Assembly: GCA_963809895.1 (NCBI GenBank)
Contig: CAWELD010000003.1
Coordinates: 1,056,001 to 1,120,000, forward strand
Direction of reading: 5' to 3'
Origin: an uncultured Gemmatimonadales bacterium
GTDB lineage: Bacteria; Gemmatimonadota; Gemmatimonadetes; Longimicrobiales; Gaopeijiaceae
Length of the DNA: 64,000 nt
Below the pieces are notes generated by a model. That model was not told where the DNA came from. It made no database searches and saw only the letters and a list, made by a program, of their open reading frames with translations. The position numbers and the translations under genes are program-made. Position 1 is the first letter of the stretch; each line of letters starts with the position of its first letter. Below are positions 26,369 to 39,331 of the stretch, one piece after another.

Positions 26369-27507
26369 GGCTCCGCTCTCTCCGCCAGGACCTCGACCAC
26401 CAACGCTGCCACCCGCTCGGCGGCGCCCGGTCCACCCAGGGCGGCCCGAACCCGGCCGAGCCCCTCCAACTGAGCCTCCCGCGCCGGCCCGTCCGTCAGG
26501 AGCGGCTCGAGCTCGCGCACCAACCGCTCCGGCGTGGCCTCACCCTGGAGCACCTCCGGGACCACGCGCTCGTCGGCCACCAGGTTCGCCAGCGCGATGT
26601 GGTCGACGCGCACCAGGCGCTTGGCCAGCGCGAAGGTGAGCGGGTGCGTGCGATAGACCATGACGAAGGGTGTGCCCTCCAGAGCGGTCTCCAGCGTGGA
26701 GGTGCCCGACTTCACGAGCGCCAGGCGCGCGTACCGCAGCAGTGCCCTCGTATCGGCCGTCTGCGGCAACCCGGCGGACGCCAGGCCCGTCGGCTCCACC
26801 CCGCTGGCGCGGGCCAGCACCGGGGCCAGGGTCGGGTGGCGCTCCCTCAGGCGAAGGGCCGTCTCCCGGAACAACTCCAGGTGGCGGTGGAGCTCCTGGC
26901 GGCGAGAGCCCGGCAACAGGGCCAGCACCGGAGCGTCCGGCGCCAACCCCAGCTCGTCGCGGAAGGCGTCCTCGGGCGTGACGTCGTCGCCGCGCTCCAT
27001 GAGGGGGTGCCCCACGAAGGTCACGTCGGCCCCGGCCTCGCGCAGGAGCGGCTCCTCGAAGGGCAGGATGACCGCCACCCGGTCGGCGTCGCGGGCCAAC
27101 GCCGACGCGCGATGCGGCTTCCAGGCCCACACCTGGGGCGAGATGTACCAGACCACCGGCACGCCCCGTTCCCGGGCCTTGTGGGCCAGTCGTAGATTCA
27201 GGCCGGGGTAGTCCACCGCCAACACCAGATCCACCTCCCCATCGTCCATGAGGGCCACGAGCCGACGCTCGAGGCGCCAGAAGAAGCGCAGGTGCCGCAC
27301 CACCTCGGCGAAGCCCATGACGGCCAACTGATCGAGGCCCGCCAGGAGCTCCACCCCGACGGCCTTCATCTCCGGCCCACCCAGGCCGGAGAAGCGAGCC
27401 CCCGGGATGCGGCGCCTCAGCGCCTCCACGACGCGGGCGCCGTGATGATCGCCCGAAGCCTCGCCCGCCAGGACGAGGATCCGAGGGGTGGCAGTGGCGG
27501 CGGTCAG
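26365..27507 (-). CDS. lpxB: Lipid-A-disaccharide synthase (probable CTG start at 27507)
   Basis: AGEASGD, VDYPG, PQVWAW, LLPGSR, SGT.TLE. Confidence 0.93.
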   Translation of the reverse strand: MTAATATPRILVLAGEASGDHHGARVVEALRRRIPGARFSGLGGPEMKAVGVELLAGLDQLAVMGFAEVVRHLRFFWRLERRLVALMDDGEVDLVLAVDYPGLNLRLAHKARERGVPVVWYISPQVWAWKPHRASALARDADRVAVILPFEEPLLREAGADVTFVGHPLMERGDDVTPEDAFRDELGLAPDAPVLALLPGSRRQELHRHLELFRETALRLRERHPTLAPVLARASGVEPTGLASAGLPQTADTRALLRYARLALVKSGTSTLETALEGTPFVMVYRTHPLTFALAKRLVRVDHIALANLVADERVVPEVLQGEATPERLVRELEPLLTDGPAREAQLEGLGRVRAALGGPGAAERVAALVVEVLAERAEP

Positions 27508-27638
27508 AAGCGGGAGCCCAGGTACCAGATCAGGGCCACCACGAGGATCAGGAGCAGGAACAACCGGCCAGGTGACTTGGCCTTCTTGTGGTCGATCCAC
27601 TCCTTCTTGCGCTTACGCCGGACGCGGAGAAGGGACAT
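27504..27638 (-). CDS. Small basic membrane protein (44 aa)
   Basis: MSLLRVRRKRKKEWIDHKKAKSPGRLFLLLILVVALIWYLGSRF; fills the gap, and its stop overlaps the lpxB start. Confidence 0.6.
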   Translation of the reverse strand: MSLLRVRRKRKKEWIDHKKAKSPGRLFLLLILVVALIWYLGSRF

Positions 27639-28662
27639 GGCTCGCGATGCGGGCTTCGATGGAAAGAGTGAGGGCCAGGGCGTTCCGACCGTCGGGGCCC
27701 GACACGGCGGGGGCGGCGCGGCCCAGGACGGCATCCCGGAAGCTCTCCAGCTCCTTGCGCAGGGGCTCTGCACCGTCTCCCTGGAGGGGGACGCGCTCCA
27801 CCAGGCTCTCCAGCCCCTGGGCGGCCAGGTCGGGCAGCTCGCCCTGACCTGGCATCCCCCCGGCCAGCGCCGGCAGGTCGTGCTTCAGGCGCAGGAACTC
27901 CCCCGTGCCCTCGGCCAGATTGAGGCTCAGGTAGCCCGACGGTTGGAAGATCCTCAGCTTGCGCATCCGCTCCATGGAGACCCGGCTGGCCGTGAGGTTT
28001 GCCACGGCACCTCCCTCGAAGGTGAGGCGGGCGCTGGCGATGTCCACGTTGGGCGTGAGCACCGGAACCCCCGATGCGGCGATATCCACGACGGGTGTAC
28101 CCACCAGACTCCGGACCAGGTCCACGTCGTGGATCATGAGATCCAGGACCACGGCCACGTCGGTGCTCCTGGGCGAGAAGGGCGCCATGCGGTGCGATTC
28201 CACGAACAGCGGCCGGTCCAGGTAGGGCTCGGCGGCACGAATGGCCGGGTTGAAGCGCTCCACGTGGCCGATCTGCACCAGCGCACCGCCGGCGTCGGAC
28301 GCGGCCAGGATGCGGTCCGCCGCGTCCAGGTCCGGCGCCATGGGCTTCTCGATGAGGCAGTGGATTCCCCGCTGGAGCGCCGCCACCGCCACATCCTCGT
28401 GGGCGGTGGTGGGCACGGCCACCACCACGGCATCGGTGCGCTCCAGGAGCTCCTCCAGGGTATCGAAGGCGCGCACACCCAACTCGCCCGCCACCTCCGC
28501 CGCGCGCTCGGGACGAGTGTCGTGGATGCCCGCCATGACGACGCCCGGCACGTCCCGCAGGATGCGCGCGTGGTGAAAGCCCAACGATCCGGTGCCCACC
28601 ACGCCCATGCGAACCGGATCCTCTCCGGCCCGGCGCGCGCCGCGGTCCGCCGTGGAGTCCAT
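27613..28662 (-). CDS. Gfo/Idh/MocA oxidoreductase
   Basis: GVVGTG.LG, EKP, GHVERFNP, DLMIHD. Confidence 0.93.
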   Translation of the reverse strand: MDSTADRGARRAGEDPVRMGVVGTGSLGFHHARILRDVPGVVMAGIHDTRPERAAEVAGELGVRAFDTLEELLERTDAVVVAVPTTAHEDVAVAALQRGIHCLIEKPMAPDLDAADRILAASDAGGALVQIGHVERFNPAIRAAEPYLDRPLFVESHRMAPFSPRSTDVAVVLDLMIHDVDLVRSLVGTPVVDIAASGVPVLTPNVDIASARLTFEGGAVANLTASRVSMERMRKLRIFQPSGYLSLNLAEGTGEFLRLKHDLPALAGGMPGQGELPDLAAQGLESLVERVPLQGDGAEPLRKELESFRDAVLGRAAPAVSGPDGRNALALTLSIEARIASHVPSPRPA

Positions 28663-28666
28663 GCCG

Positions 28667-29479
28667 TCAGCCTACCGTGATGCCCCGCTCGGAGCTCTTG
28701 ATGAAATTCAGGAAGTGCCGGACTTCGGGGATCTGGGGCGTCTCGTCCTCGGCCCTGGCGACACCGTGCGACACGTTGAGGCCCGACATGAAGACCAGCC
28801 GGTACGCCTGCTTGAGCGACTTGCGCGTCTCCTGGCTGAACCCGCGTCGCTCCAGGCCGACGGAGTTCAGGCCGTAGAGCTTCGGGGGATTCCCCGCGGC
28901 GCGCGTGTACGGTGGGATGTCCTGGGGAATGCGCGACCCGCCGCCGATGAAGGCGTGGGCGCCGATGCGCACGAACTGATGGATGGGCGTCACTCCACCG
29001 ATGATCACCCAGTCCTCGATGACCACGTGGCCGGCCATGTTCACCGAGTTGGACAGGATGACGTGGTTGCCCAGCTCGCAATCGTGGGCCACGTGCGTGT
29101 ACGCCATCAACAGACAATCGCTACCGACCACGGTCACGCCCCGGGCGGTGGTCCCGCGATTCAGCGTGGCGTACTCCCGGATCACCGTGCGATCACCGAC
29201 CTCCAGGGTGGTAGGCTCGCCCTGGTATTTCAGGTCCTGGGGATCGGTCCCCAGGATCGCACCCTGGAAGATGCGACAGTCTTCGCCCACCACGGTGTCC
29301 CGCTCGATGAGGACGTGGGGACCCACGGTGGTGCCGGCCCCGATCTCCACCCCGGGACCGATGATGGAGTAGGGCCCCACGCTGACCCCGACGCCCAGCT
29401 CGGCTCCGGAATCCACCAGGGCGGTGGAATGGATGCGGGCCTCGGCCCGCTCGTCGGCGCCTACTGAGGTGTCACTCAT
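28667..29479 (-). CDS. lpxA: UDP-N-acetylglucosamine acyltransferase
   Basis: Hexapeptide repeats, PQDLKY, HVAHDC, IHQF. Confidence 0.96.
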   Translation of the reverse strand: MSDTSVGADERAEARIHSTALVDSGAELGVGVSVGPYSIIGPGVEIGAGTTVGPHVLIERDTVVGEDCRIFQGAILGTDPQDLKYQGEPTTLEVGDRTVIREYATLNRGTTARGVTVVGSDCLLMAYTHVAHDCELGNHVILSNSVNMAGHVVIEDWVIIGGVTPIHQFVRIGAHAFIGGGSRIPQDIPPYTRAAGNPPKLYGLNSVGLERRGFSQETRKSLKQAYRLVFMSGLNVSHGVARAEDETPQIPEVRHFLNFIKSSERGITVG

Positions 29480-30777
29480 CGGTCCACGACTCGTGCCATG
29501 AGGTCCGCTTCCGCCACCACCTGACCGTCGACGCGGCCCACGCCTCGCATCTTGCAGACGTGCCTCCGGAACTGGAGCAGCTCCAGCTCGAAGACGATCT
29601 GGTCGCCCGGGGTCACCGGGCGGCGCCACTTCACGCTGTCCAGAGACATGAAGTAGACCACCTTGTTGTCCGGATCGTCCACGTGATCCATGAGAAGGAG
29701 CCCTCCGACCTGCGCCATGGCCTCGATGATGAGGACGCCGGGCATGATGGGATGCCCGGGGTAGTGGCCCTGGAAGAACGGCTCGTTGATGGTGACGTTC
29801 TTGATCCCCACGATGCGCTTCCCGGGCTCGTAGCCCACGATCCGGTCCACCAGAAGCATGGGAAAGCGATGGGGGAGGTACTGCATGATCTTGGCGGCGT
29901 CCAGGATCGGATGCCCGCCGTTGTAGAGGGCGTGCTCGGCGATGGCCCGCGCCAGTTCCACGTTGCCGGTGTGGCTGGGGCGTTCGGCCACCACGTGCGC
30001 CCGCACGCGCCCGCCCAGGAGCGCCAGATCCCCGGCCAGATCGCCCACCTTGTGCCGCAGGAACTCGTCGGGAAAGCGGAGCCCTTCCTCGTTGAGGATA
30101 CCGTCGTCGTCCATGACCACGGTGTTTTCCAGCGACGAGCCCAGCGCCAGGCCACGGGCCCGGAGCGCCTCGGCGTCGGCGCGGAACCCGAAGGTCCGTG
30201 CCGGCGCGATCTGGCCCCGAAAGCCCGCCTCGTCCATGGCGAAGCTCCCGAACTGACGTCCGATGGACGGGTGCTGGAAGTCCACGGTGGCCGAGATGCG
30301 AAATTCGTTGGCCGGGGTGGCGACGTAGGAGACGCCCTTCGCGGGCGCCACGGTCACGGGCCCGTTGAGCTCGATGATCCTGGCGGGCTCGTCCTGGACG
30401 TGCGTGCCGGCCTCGTCCACGGCCTCCAGGAAGGGGCGGAAGCTCCCGTCCACGATGGGTGGCTCGGGCCCGTCCAGGTCGAGAACGGCGTTGTCCACGC
30501 CCAGGCAGGCCAGCGCCGCCAACACGTGCTCCACCGTGAGGACCCGGGCCTCGCCGGCGGCCAGACTCGTGCCCAGCTCGGTGCCGGCCACGTGATCCAG
30601 GTCGGCGGGTACCTCGGGCGCACCGTCCAGGTCCACCCGGCGAAAGCGGATCCCGGTGCCCGGGTCGGCCGGGCGCAACGTCAGCGACGAGGGCTCTCCC
30701 GAATGCACACCGGTCCCCTCGACGGTGACGGTCTGCGCGAGGGTGCGCTGCATCTCCTGGTCCTCGGACGCGGTCAT
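29476..30777 (-). CDS. lpxC: Bifunctional LpxC deacetylase / FabZ dehydratase
   Basis: TVEH, ARTFGF, RHKVGD; then LPHRFPMLLVD, GHYPG.P.MPGVL..EAMAQ. Confidence 0.95.
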   Translation of the reverse strand: MTASEDQEMQRTLAQTVTVEGTGVHSGEPSSLTLRPADPGTGIRFRRVDLDGAPEVPADLDHVAGTELGTSLAAGEARVLTVEHVLAALACLGVDNAVLDLDGPEPPIVDGSFRPFLEAVDEAGTHVQDEPARIIELNGPVTVAPAKGVSYVATPANEFRISATVDFQHPSIGRQFGSFAMDEAGFRGQIAPARTFGFRADAEALRARGLALGSSLENTVVMDDDGILNEEGLRFPDEFLRHKVGDLAGDLALLGGRVRAHVVAERPSHTGNVELARAIAEHALYNGGHPILDAAKIMQYLPHRFPMLLVDRIVGYEPGKRIVGIKNVTINEPFFQGHYPGHPIMPGVLIIEAMAQVGGLLLMDHVDDPDNKVVYFMSLDSVKWRRPVTPGDQIVFELELLQFRRHVCKMRGVGRVDGQVVAEADLMARVVDR

Positions 30778-30898
30778 ACGGGTCTGGGTCGGCGATGGGA
30801 GGGGTCGTACCGGTTCGGCCGTTGCGGCGGCGCCTCCGGGGACGGTCACGGAAGGGTCGCGATAATGTAATGGCTCGCTGGCGAGGGGTCGAACCTGC

Positions 30899-31990
30899 TC
30901 ACGGCGAATCCTCCGGATCCGCCGGGCCCTCCTCTCCCCCACCGAGTCCCTCCACGGCGCGCTCGAGCCGCTTCACGCGATCCACCAGCGAAGGCAGGCG
31001 TCCGACCAACGCCTGACGGCGCAGGTATTCCCGGTTGGGGCGGGAGGGATCGCCGGCCACGACCTCACCGTCGGGGACGTCGCGCATCACCCGGGCCGCC
31101 GCGGCCACCCGGACCCCGTCGCCCAGCGTCAGATGGCCGATGACACCGGCCTGGCCGCCGAACAGGACACCCGCGCCGACCCGGGTGGAGCCGGCGATAC
31201 CCACCTGACCCGCCACCGCGCAATGGGGGCCGAGCCGCACGTTGTGGGCGAGCTGGACCAGGTTGTCCACCTTGGTACCCTTTCCCACCACCGTGTCCCC
31301 AATGGAGCCGCGATCGATGGCGGTGTTGGCCCCGATCTCCACGTCGTCCTCGACGATGCAGCGCCCCACCTGCGGGATCTTGCGGTGCGCCCCGTCCCGC
31401 CAGGTGTATCCGAAGCCGTCGACCCCGAGTCGCGAGCCGGAGTGGACGATGACGCGATCCCCGAGTTGCGTGCGTGGATAGAGCGTGACCTGCGGATGCA
31501 CCACGCAATCCTGCCCCACCTTCACGCCGGCGCCCACCACCACGTGCGCGCCCACCTGCGTGCGGTCACCGAGGACGGCGTCCTCGCCCACCACGGCGTA
31601 CGGACCCACCGAGACCCCCTCGCCCAAGCGAACGCCGGGGCCCAGCACCGCCGTAGGGTGCACGCCCGGAGGCGGCGACGGTTCCGGATGAAGGGCCGCC
31701 AGGACGGGAATCAGGGCCGCGTGGGCATCGGCCACCACCACCCGGGGCCGGCCCGCCGGGGCCCGCTCGAGCAACGCCTCGGACACCAGGAACGCGCCGG
31801 CCGACGATTCCTCGGCGCCCCGTGCGTAGCGCGTGTCGGCCAGCAGTCCCAGCGCGTCGGGTCCCGCGCGGTCCAGCGGGGCCACCCGCCGGATCGTCAA
31901 CGCGTCGTCCCCATCCTCCACCCTTCCCCCCGTGAGCTCCGCCACTCGTGCCAGCGGCAGACCGGTCGCGGATTCCTGGTGTGAAGACAT
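30899..31990 (-). CDS. lpxD: UDP-3-O-acylglucosamine N-acyltransferase
   Basis: DGFGY, KIPQVG, IDRG, KVDNLVQLAHN. Confidence 0.96.
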   Translation of the reverse strand: MSSHQESATGLPLARVAELTGGRVEDGDDALTIRRVAPLDRAGPDALGLLADTRYARGAEESSAGAFLVSEALLERAPAGRPRVVVADAHAALIPVLAALHPEPSPPPGVHPTAVLGPGVRLGEGVSVGPYAVVGEDAVLGDRTQVGAHVVVGAGVKVGQDCVVHPQVTLYPRTQLGDRVIVHSGSRLGVDGFGYTWRDGAHRKIPQVGRCIVEDDVEIGANTAIDRGSIGDTVVGKGTKVDNLVQLAHNVRLGPHCAVAGQVGIAGSTRVGAGVLFGGQAGVIGHLTLGDGVRVAAAARVMRDVPDGEVVAGDPSRPNREYLRRQALVGRLPSLVDRVKRLERAVEGLGGGEEGPADPEDSP

Positions 31991-32086
31991 TCGCCTATGC
32001 CTGTCCAGAATGAAGAAGGGGCCCGAAGACCGCCGCGTCGGCGGTCCTCGAGCCCCCGTGCCCCGGGACTTCGGGCCCCGGGGAGC

Positions 32087-32617
32087 TCAGTTCCCGCCCC
32101 CGGCGGCGTTGGCGGCCTGGAGCCGCCGCACGACCTCGTCGGTGAGGTCCAGCGTGGAGTCGGCAGCCACCAGCGAGCCGGCGGCCACGTCGAAGATCAG
32201 GTGATAATGGCCTTCTGCGCGGATCTGCTCGATCACGGTGCTGATCTTGTCCATGATGGGCTGGACGATCTCCGAGCGCCGCTGCTGCGCCTGGTTCTCG
32301 AGCTGCTGGGCCCGCTGCTGCAGGTCCTGCTGGCGCTGCTGAATCTCAGTCTCGCGGCGAGCCTTGGCCTCGGGCGACATGGCCAGCGACTGCGACTGGT
32401 ACTGCTTGATCATGGCGTCCAGCGAATCCGATGCCGGCTGCAGTTGAGCTCTGAGCGCCTGCATCTCGGAATCGAACTGGTTGGCCGCCTCCTGGGCTCC
32501 CGGCGTCTGCGCCAGGATGGCCTGGGAGTTGATGTAGCCGATCTTCAGAGGCGTCTGGGCCGCCACCGGGGCGGCCACGGCCATGAAGACGGCGAGCGAA
32601 AAGACGATACGACGCAT
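32087..32617 (-). CDS. skp: OmpH/Skp periplasmic chaperone
   Basis: Signal peptide, KIGYINS, Q-rich coiled coil, DLTDEV; follows bamA. Confidence 0.92.
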   Translation of the reverse strand: MRRIVFSLAVFMAVAAPVAAQTPLKIGYINSQAILAQTPGAQEAANQFDSEMQALRAQLQPASDSLDAMIKQYQSQSLAMSPEAKARRETEIQQRQQDLQQRAQQLENQAQQRRSEIVQPIMDKISTVIEQIRAEGHYHLIFDVAAGSLVAADSTLDLTDEVVRRLQAANAAGGGN

Positions 32618-32666
32618 CTGTAATACTCCAGTCATCGAGTTCGATGTCGAGCAGCGCCCTCGAACC

Positions 32667-35113
32667 TCAATAGCCGGGGCCCATGCGGAAATGCAGCTGC
32701 CAGCCCGGGTTGGTCTTGTCGAATCCATACGCATAATCCAGCCCGATGGGTCCGAAGGGGGTCACGAGCTGCAACCCCACGCCCGCTCCACGGAAGAGCT
32801 GGGACGGGTCGATCTGGCTGGGGCTCTTCCACACGTTGCCCGCGTCGAAGAAGGTCGAGACGGAGATGTTGTCGTTGAGACGCATCGCCAGCTCGGTGCT
32901 CACGCTGAGGAACGCGTTCCCCAGGCGGTCGATGTCGGAGATGGCCCCGGAGTTCTCGGGAAAGAAGCCGAAAGGCGTAATGGACGTTTCGTCGTAGCCG
33001 CGAAGCTGTTGGCCGAACTGGACGCCGCCCATCCAGAACCGATCGAAGGGAAAGCGCTCGGGATTGCCGAAGATGGCGCCCGCCTTGAGCGAGGTGCCCA
33101 GGGCGAAGGTCACCGGCCGTCCGCCGGTGCTGCCACCGACCTCGGCCACCGGTAGCCACCAGGTGCCCTCGATCATGTGCCGGATGAAGTCCCCGTCTCC
33201 GCCGAGAATCCCGCCGTTGAACTCGGTGGTCCAACTCTGGCGCGATCCGATCGTGGGGAAGATGGGGTTGTTCAGCGTCGTGCGGGTCAGGCTCAGGGAG
33301 ACCTGGCTCTGCGTGCCCGGAGGCCGCCCGAAGAGCGAGGTGTCGTCCTGGTTGTCCCGGAGCTGATAGCGCGTCCGAGAGATCGAGTACCCGGCGAACA
33401 CGCGCGTGGAGCGCGCTCCGGGAATCGGGAACCCGAAGCGCAGCGACGCACCCACGCGCTTGCGCTGACCGGAGTTGAAGGAGAAGAACCGGTCGCGGGC
33501 GTCGAAGAGCGAGATGGTCCCGCTCACCCGGGACATGAAGAGCGAGGGATCGGAAAAGGTGAGCGTGAAGTTGTTCACGTACCGTCCGAAGTCCCAGCGC
33601 AGGTGCCCTTCCTTGGCCTGTCCGAACAGGTTGGGCTGATCGTAGCCGATGAAGCCCGCGAGCCCGATGCCGCCGCCCACCGAGGTGCCGAAGTTCACGG
33701 CACCGGTGCTCTTCTCCTTGACCCGGAAGGTCACGTCCACCTTACCGGTCTCGGGGTCGGGATCCATGTTCGGGAAGGGCAACGGTGTCTCGAAGAACCC
33801 CAGCCCGTTGATGCTCTGATAGCTCTGGATGAGCCGGTCCTGGCTGTAGACGTCGCCGGGAAGAAGCCCGAGACGGTCCCGGATCACACGCTCGTAGGTG
33901 TAATCGTTGCCGGTGATGTCCAACATGTTCACGAAGGCCGGCTGGCCCTCCTGCACGTTGATGCCGATGGCCACCGTGGGGTCGCCCCCTTCCTCCATGG
34001 GCGGCCGCTTCTCGATGAAGGGCTCGATCTGGGCGAAGATGTAGCCCTGGTTGTAGTAGAGCTGTCGGACCTGATCCACCGCGGCATCGAACGCCACCTT
34101 GTCGAACACGCGCCCGCGGGCTTCCTCTTCGCGGGCTCCGCCTCCGATCCCCAGCGTCCGGAGCAGCCCTCCCCGCTCCGGCAGGAAGAACTGTTCGAGG
34201 CGCTCGTCGTCGATGGCTCGATTGCCGTCCACCGACAGGGCCCCGACCCGGTAGCGCTGACCCTCCTGCAGCTCGATCTCCACTCGCGCCTTGCCCGACG
34301 TGGGATCCACGATGAGGGTGTCCGAGAGGATCTCCATGTCCAGGTAGCCCCGGGAGTAGTAGAGATCCGGGATCCCCTGCGTCAGGTCCGCTTCCAGCCG
34401 GTCCTCGTCGAAGCTACCGGAGCGGAACCACCAGAAGCCCTCCGGCTTCACGGTCATGGCCCCGACGACCTCGTCGGTGGGGATGTGCTCGTTTCCGGCC
34501 ATGGCTACCTGCGCCACGGTGACCCGGTGACCCTCGTCGACCTGGAAGATCAGGTCCACCACGTTCTCGAGGCCCTCTACCGCCACCTGGCGGTCCTCGA
34601 TGGAGGCGAAGGGGATGCCCTCGTCGGACAACTTGTTCCGGATCACCTGCTTGGCCCGGTACACCCGTTGCGGCGCGTACGGGATGCCCGCGCGCACGCC
34701 GGCGGAGTCCTCCACCAGGTCCGCGCTTGCGTGCTCCAATCCCCGTACCTGCACCCGGCGCACCATGGGCTGTTCCTGCACCTGGACGCGCACCACCACC
34801 GGCTGCCCACCCAGGCCGCCCTCGCCGAACACACGGACGTCGGAGAACTGGGCCAGGCCCCAGAGGGTCTTCTCGGCGGCCTGGATCTCACGGTAGGTGA
34901 TGGTGTCGCCGGCCTGGAATCCCAGGTACCCCAGCACAGTCTCGCGCGCCACGCGCGCATTCCCTTCCACCGCCACCGAGTCCACCACCAGCCTCTGCGC
35001 GGCCTGCGCACGAAGCGGCCGCGGGCCCAGGATGGAGCCCGCCAGCAGCAGGAAGGCCGCGGCTCGGGCCACGGCCTTCCACCGATGCGTCGTCTGTCGC
35101 CTCACTCCCGTCA

Positions 35114-35117
<4 letters not shown>
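32667..35117 (-). CDS. bamA: Outer membrane protein assembly factor BamA
   Basis: POTRA repeats, LRGY, TPFGPIGLDYAYG. Confidence 0.95.
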
Positions 35118-37612
<2,495 letters not shown>

Positions 37613-37643
37613 CGTAGGGTCTCGCGCGCCTCAGAGCGCGGGG

Positions 37644-38771
37644 TCACTGGCGGCCGGTGGGACGTTCGTCGGAGGGTTCGCGATCGTCCGGGGGGACATC
37701 TCCCTCGGTAGCCAACACCCTTCGAACGAACGCCGCTCGATGCGTGTCACTTTCGGCCCCGGAGAGGTCACGGCCCGCCGCCTGCTCCAGGTGGGCGGGC
37801 TGCGTGAAAATCATCAGTTTGTTGAGCGTGTATACACGGAGTTCCGGGAGAAGTTTCAGGCTCGCACCGAGCCGAACGCCGCTCAGAAGATTCATCAATT
37901 CTTCGAACGATAGACTCCTGGCATACCGCAGTAAACCGTAGGCGCGCCAGATCTTGTCTTCCGTCACGGCGCGGGCGTCACGGAGCAGCACCTGGCGCGC
38001 GTCGAGCTCGTGCTGGATTACCTTGCGAACCACGCGGTCGAGCTGGTCCACCAGGTCTTCTTCGCTCTTGCCCAACGTGGTCTGATTGGAGACCTGGAAG
38101 AAGTTGCCCACCACCTCCGAGCCCTCACCGTAGAGACCCCGGAAGGTGAGTCCCACCTGCCCCAGGGCGTGGAGCACCTTGGAGATCTCCTTGGTCAGCA
38201 CCAGGCCCGGCAGGTGCATGAGCACCGACGCCCGCAGGCCCGTGCCCACGTTGGTGGGGCAACTGGTCAGGTAGCCGAACTCGTGGTGGAAGGCGAAGGC
38301 CATCTCCCGGCCCAGCTCCTCGTCCAGGCGGTCCGCACGATTCCAGGCGTACTGCAGTCGGAGCCCGGACACCAGGGACTGGATGCGCAGGTGGTCCTCC
38401 TCGTTCACCATGACGCTCAGGGGCGAGCCGGCGCCGGTCAGCACCGCGGCCCCGCGGTGCGGTCCCGAGCCGTTCTCGCCCAGGAGATCCCGGGTCACGA
38501 CGCGGCGCTCCAGCAGGATGCGCCGGCTCCGGTCGGTCAGCTCGGGGATCTCCACCAGCGTCGAGCCCTCCATGGCCTCCAGGCGGCCCACCTGGGCCCG
38601 GACCCAGCCCAGCACGGCCTCACGGTCGTTCACCCTGGCCCGCGGACCGAACGCGTGGCCCTGGAGGTTCCTGGCCAGGCGGACGCGCGTCGACAGGACC
38701 ACGTCGGCGTGGTCGCCGCTGGCGTCCAGCCAGGAGAGGCCGAAGTCCGGGAGGGTGGTCAGATCGTCCAC
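37644..38771 (-). CDS. mcsB: Protein arginine kinase
   Basis: STRVRLARN, NEEDHLR, CPTNVGTGLRAS. Confidence 0.94.
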   Translation of the reverse strand: MDDLTTLPDFGLSWLDASGDHADVVLSTRVRLARNLQGHAFGPRARVNDREAVLGWVRAQVGRLEAMEGSTLVEIPELTDRSRRILLERRVVTRDLLGENGSGPHRGAAVLTGAGSPLSVMVNEEDHLRIQSLVSGLRLQYAWNRADRLDEELGREMAFAFHHEFGYLTSCPTNVGTGLRASVLMHLPGLVLTKEISKVLHALGQVGLTFRGLYGEGSEVVGNFFQVSNQTTLGKSEEDLVDQLDRVVRKVIQHELDARQVLLRDARAVTEDKIWRAYGLLRYARSLSFEELMNLLSGVRLGASLKLLPELRVYTLNKLMIFTQPAHLEQAAGRDLSGAESDTHRAAFVRRVLATEGDVPPDDREPSDERPTGRQ

Positions 38772-38775
38772 GGCG

Positions 38776-39297
38776 TCACCCCTGTGGCTCGGGCTCCAGG
38801 GACCGGATCTCGTCGCGAAGCTCCGCCGCGCGCTCGAAGTCCTCGGACTGCACGGCGCGCTGGAGCCGTCGTCGCAGCCCCTCGAGGCGCTTCTCGCGCT
38901 CCGACGCGGTGGGATCCGGGGGCAGGTAGACCTTTCCCACGTGCTGCGTGCTCCCGTGGATACGACGCAACAGCCCCCGGAGCCGGCCCTCGAAGGTGCT
39001 GTAGCAATGAGGGCAACCCAGGCGGCCCGCCTCGCGGAACCCCGCGAAGGTCAGGCCGCAGAAGGGGCATGGGCCGTCGTCCTCGGCACCTGCCGAGGGC
39101 TCGCTGGACTCCCCTCCCATCTGCGCCAGGAAGTCGGCCAGGGGAAACCCGCTGGGCTCCTCTCCGGTCTCCAGTCCCTTGGCCGCAGCGCAGGCCTCGC
39201 AGAGATGCGACGTGGTCATCTCGTTGTTCTCGATCTGGGTGAGATGGATGACCGCCTCGTTCTCGCCGCAATTCTCGCACTTCATGACGTCCTGCAT
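38776..39297 (-). CDS. mcsA: McsA (CxxC zinc fingers plus UVR domain)
   Basis: Four CxxC pairs, GRLGCPHCY, EDFERAAELRD. Confidence 0.93.
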   Translation of the reverse strand: MQDVMKCENCGENEAVIHLTQIENNEMTTSHLCEACAAAKGLETGEEPSGFPLADFLAQMGGESSEPSAGAEDDGPCPFCGLTFAGFREAGRLGCPHCYSTFEGRLRGLLRRIHGSTQHVGKVYLPPDPTASEREKRLEGLRRRLQRAVQSEDFERAAELRDEIRSLEPEPQG

Positions 39298-39331
39298 CCT
39301 CCCGGGGAGGGGTCCGGAGACTTCGCGTGGC

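Noticed and set aside
29476..30777. LpxC-FabZ fusion as a novelty
   Set aside because: A well-known bifunctional architecture in Bacteroidota and related phyla.
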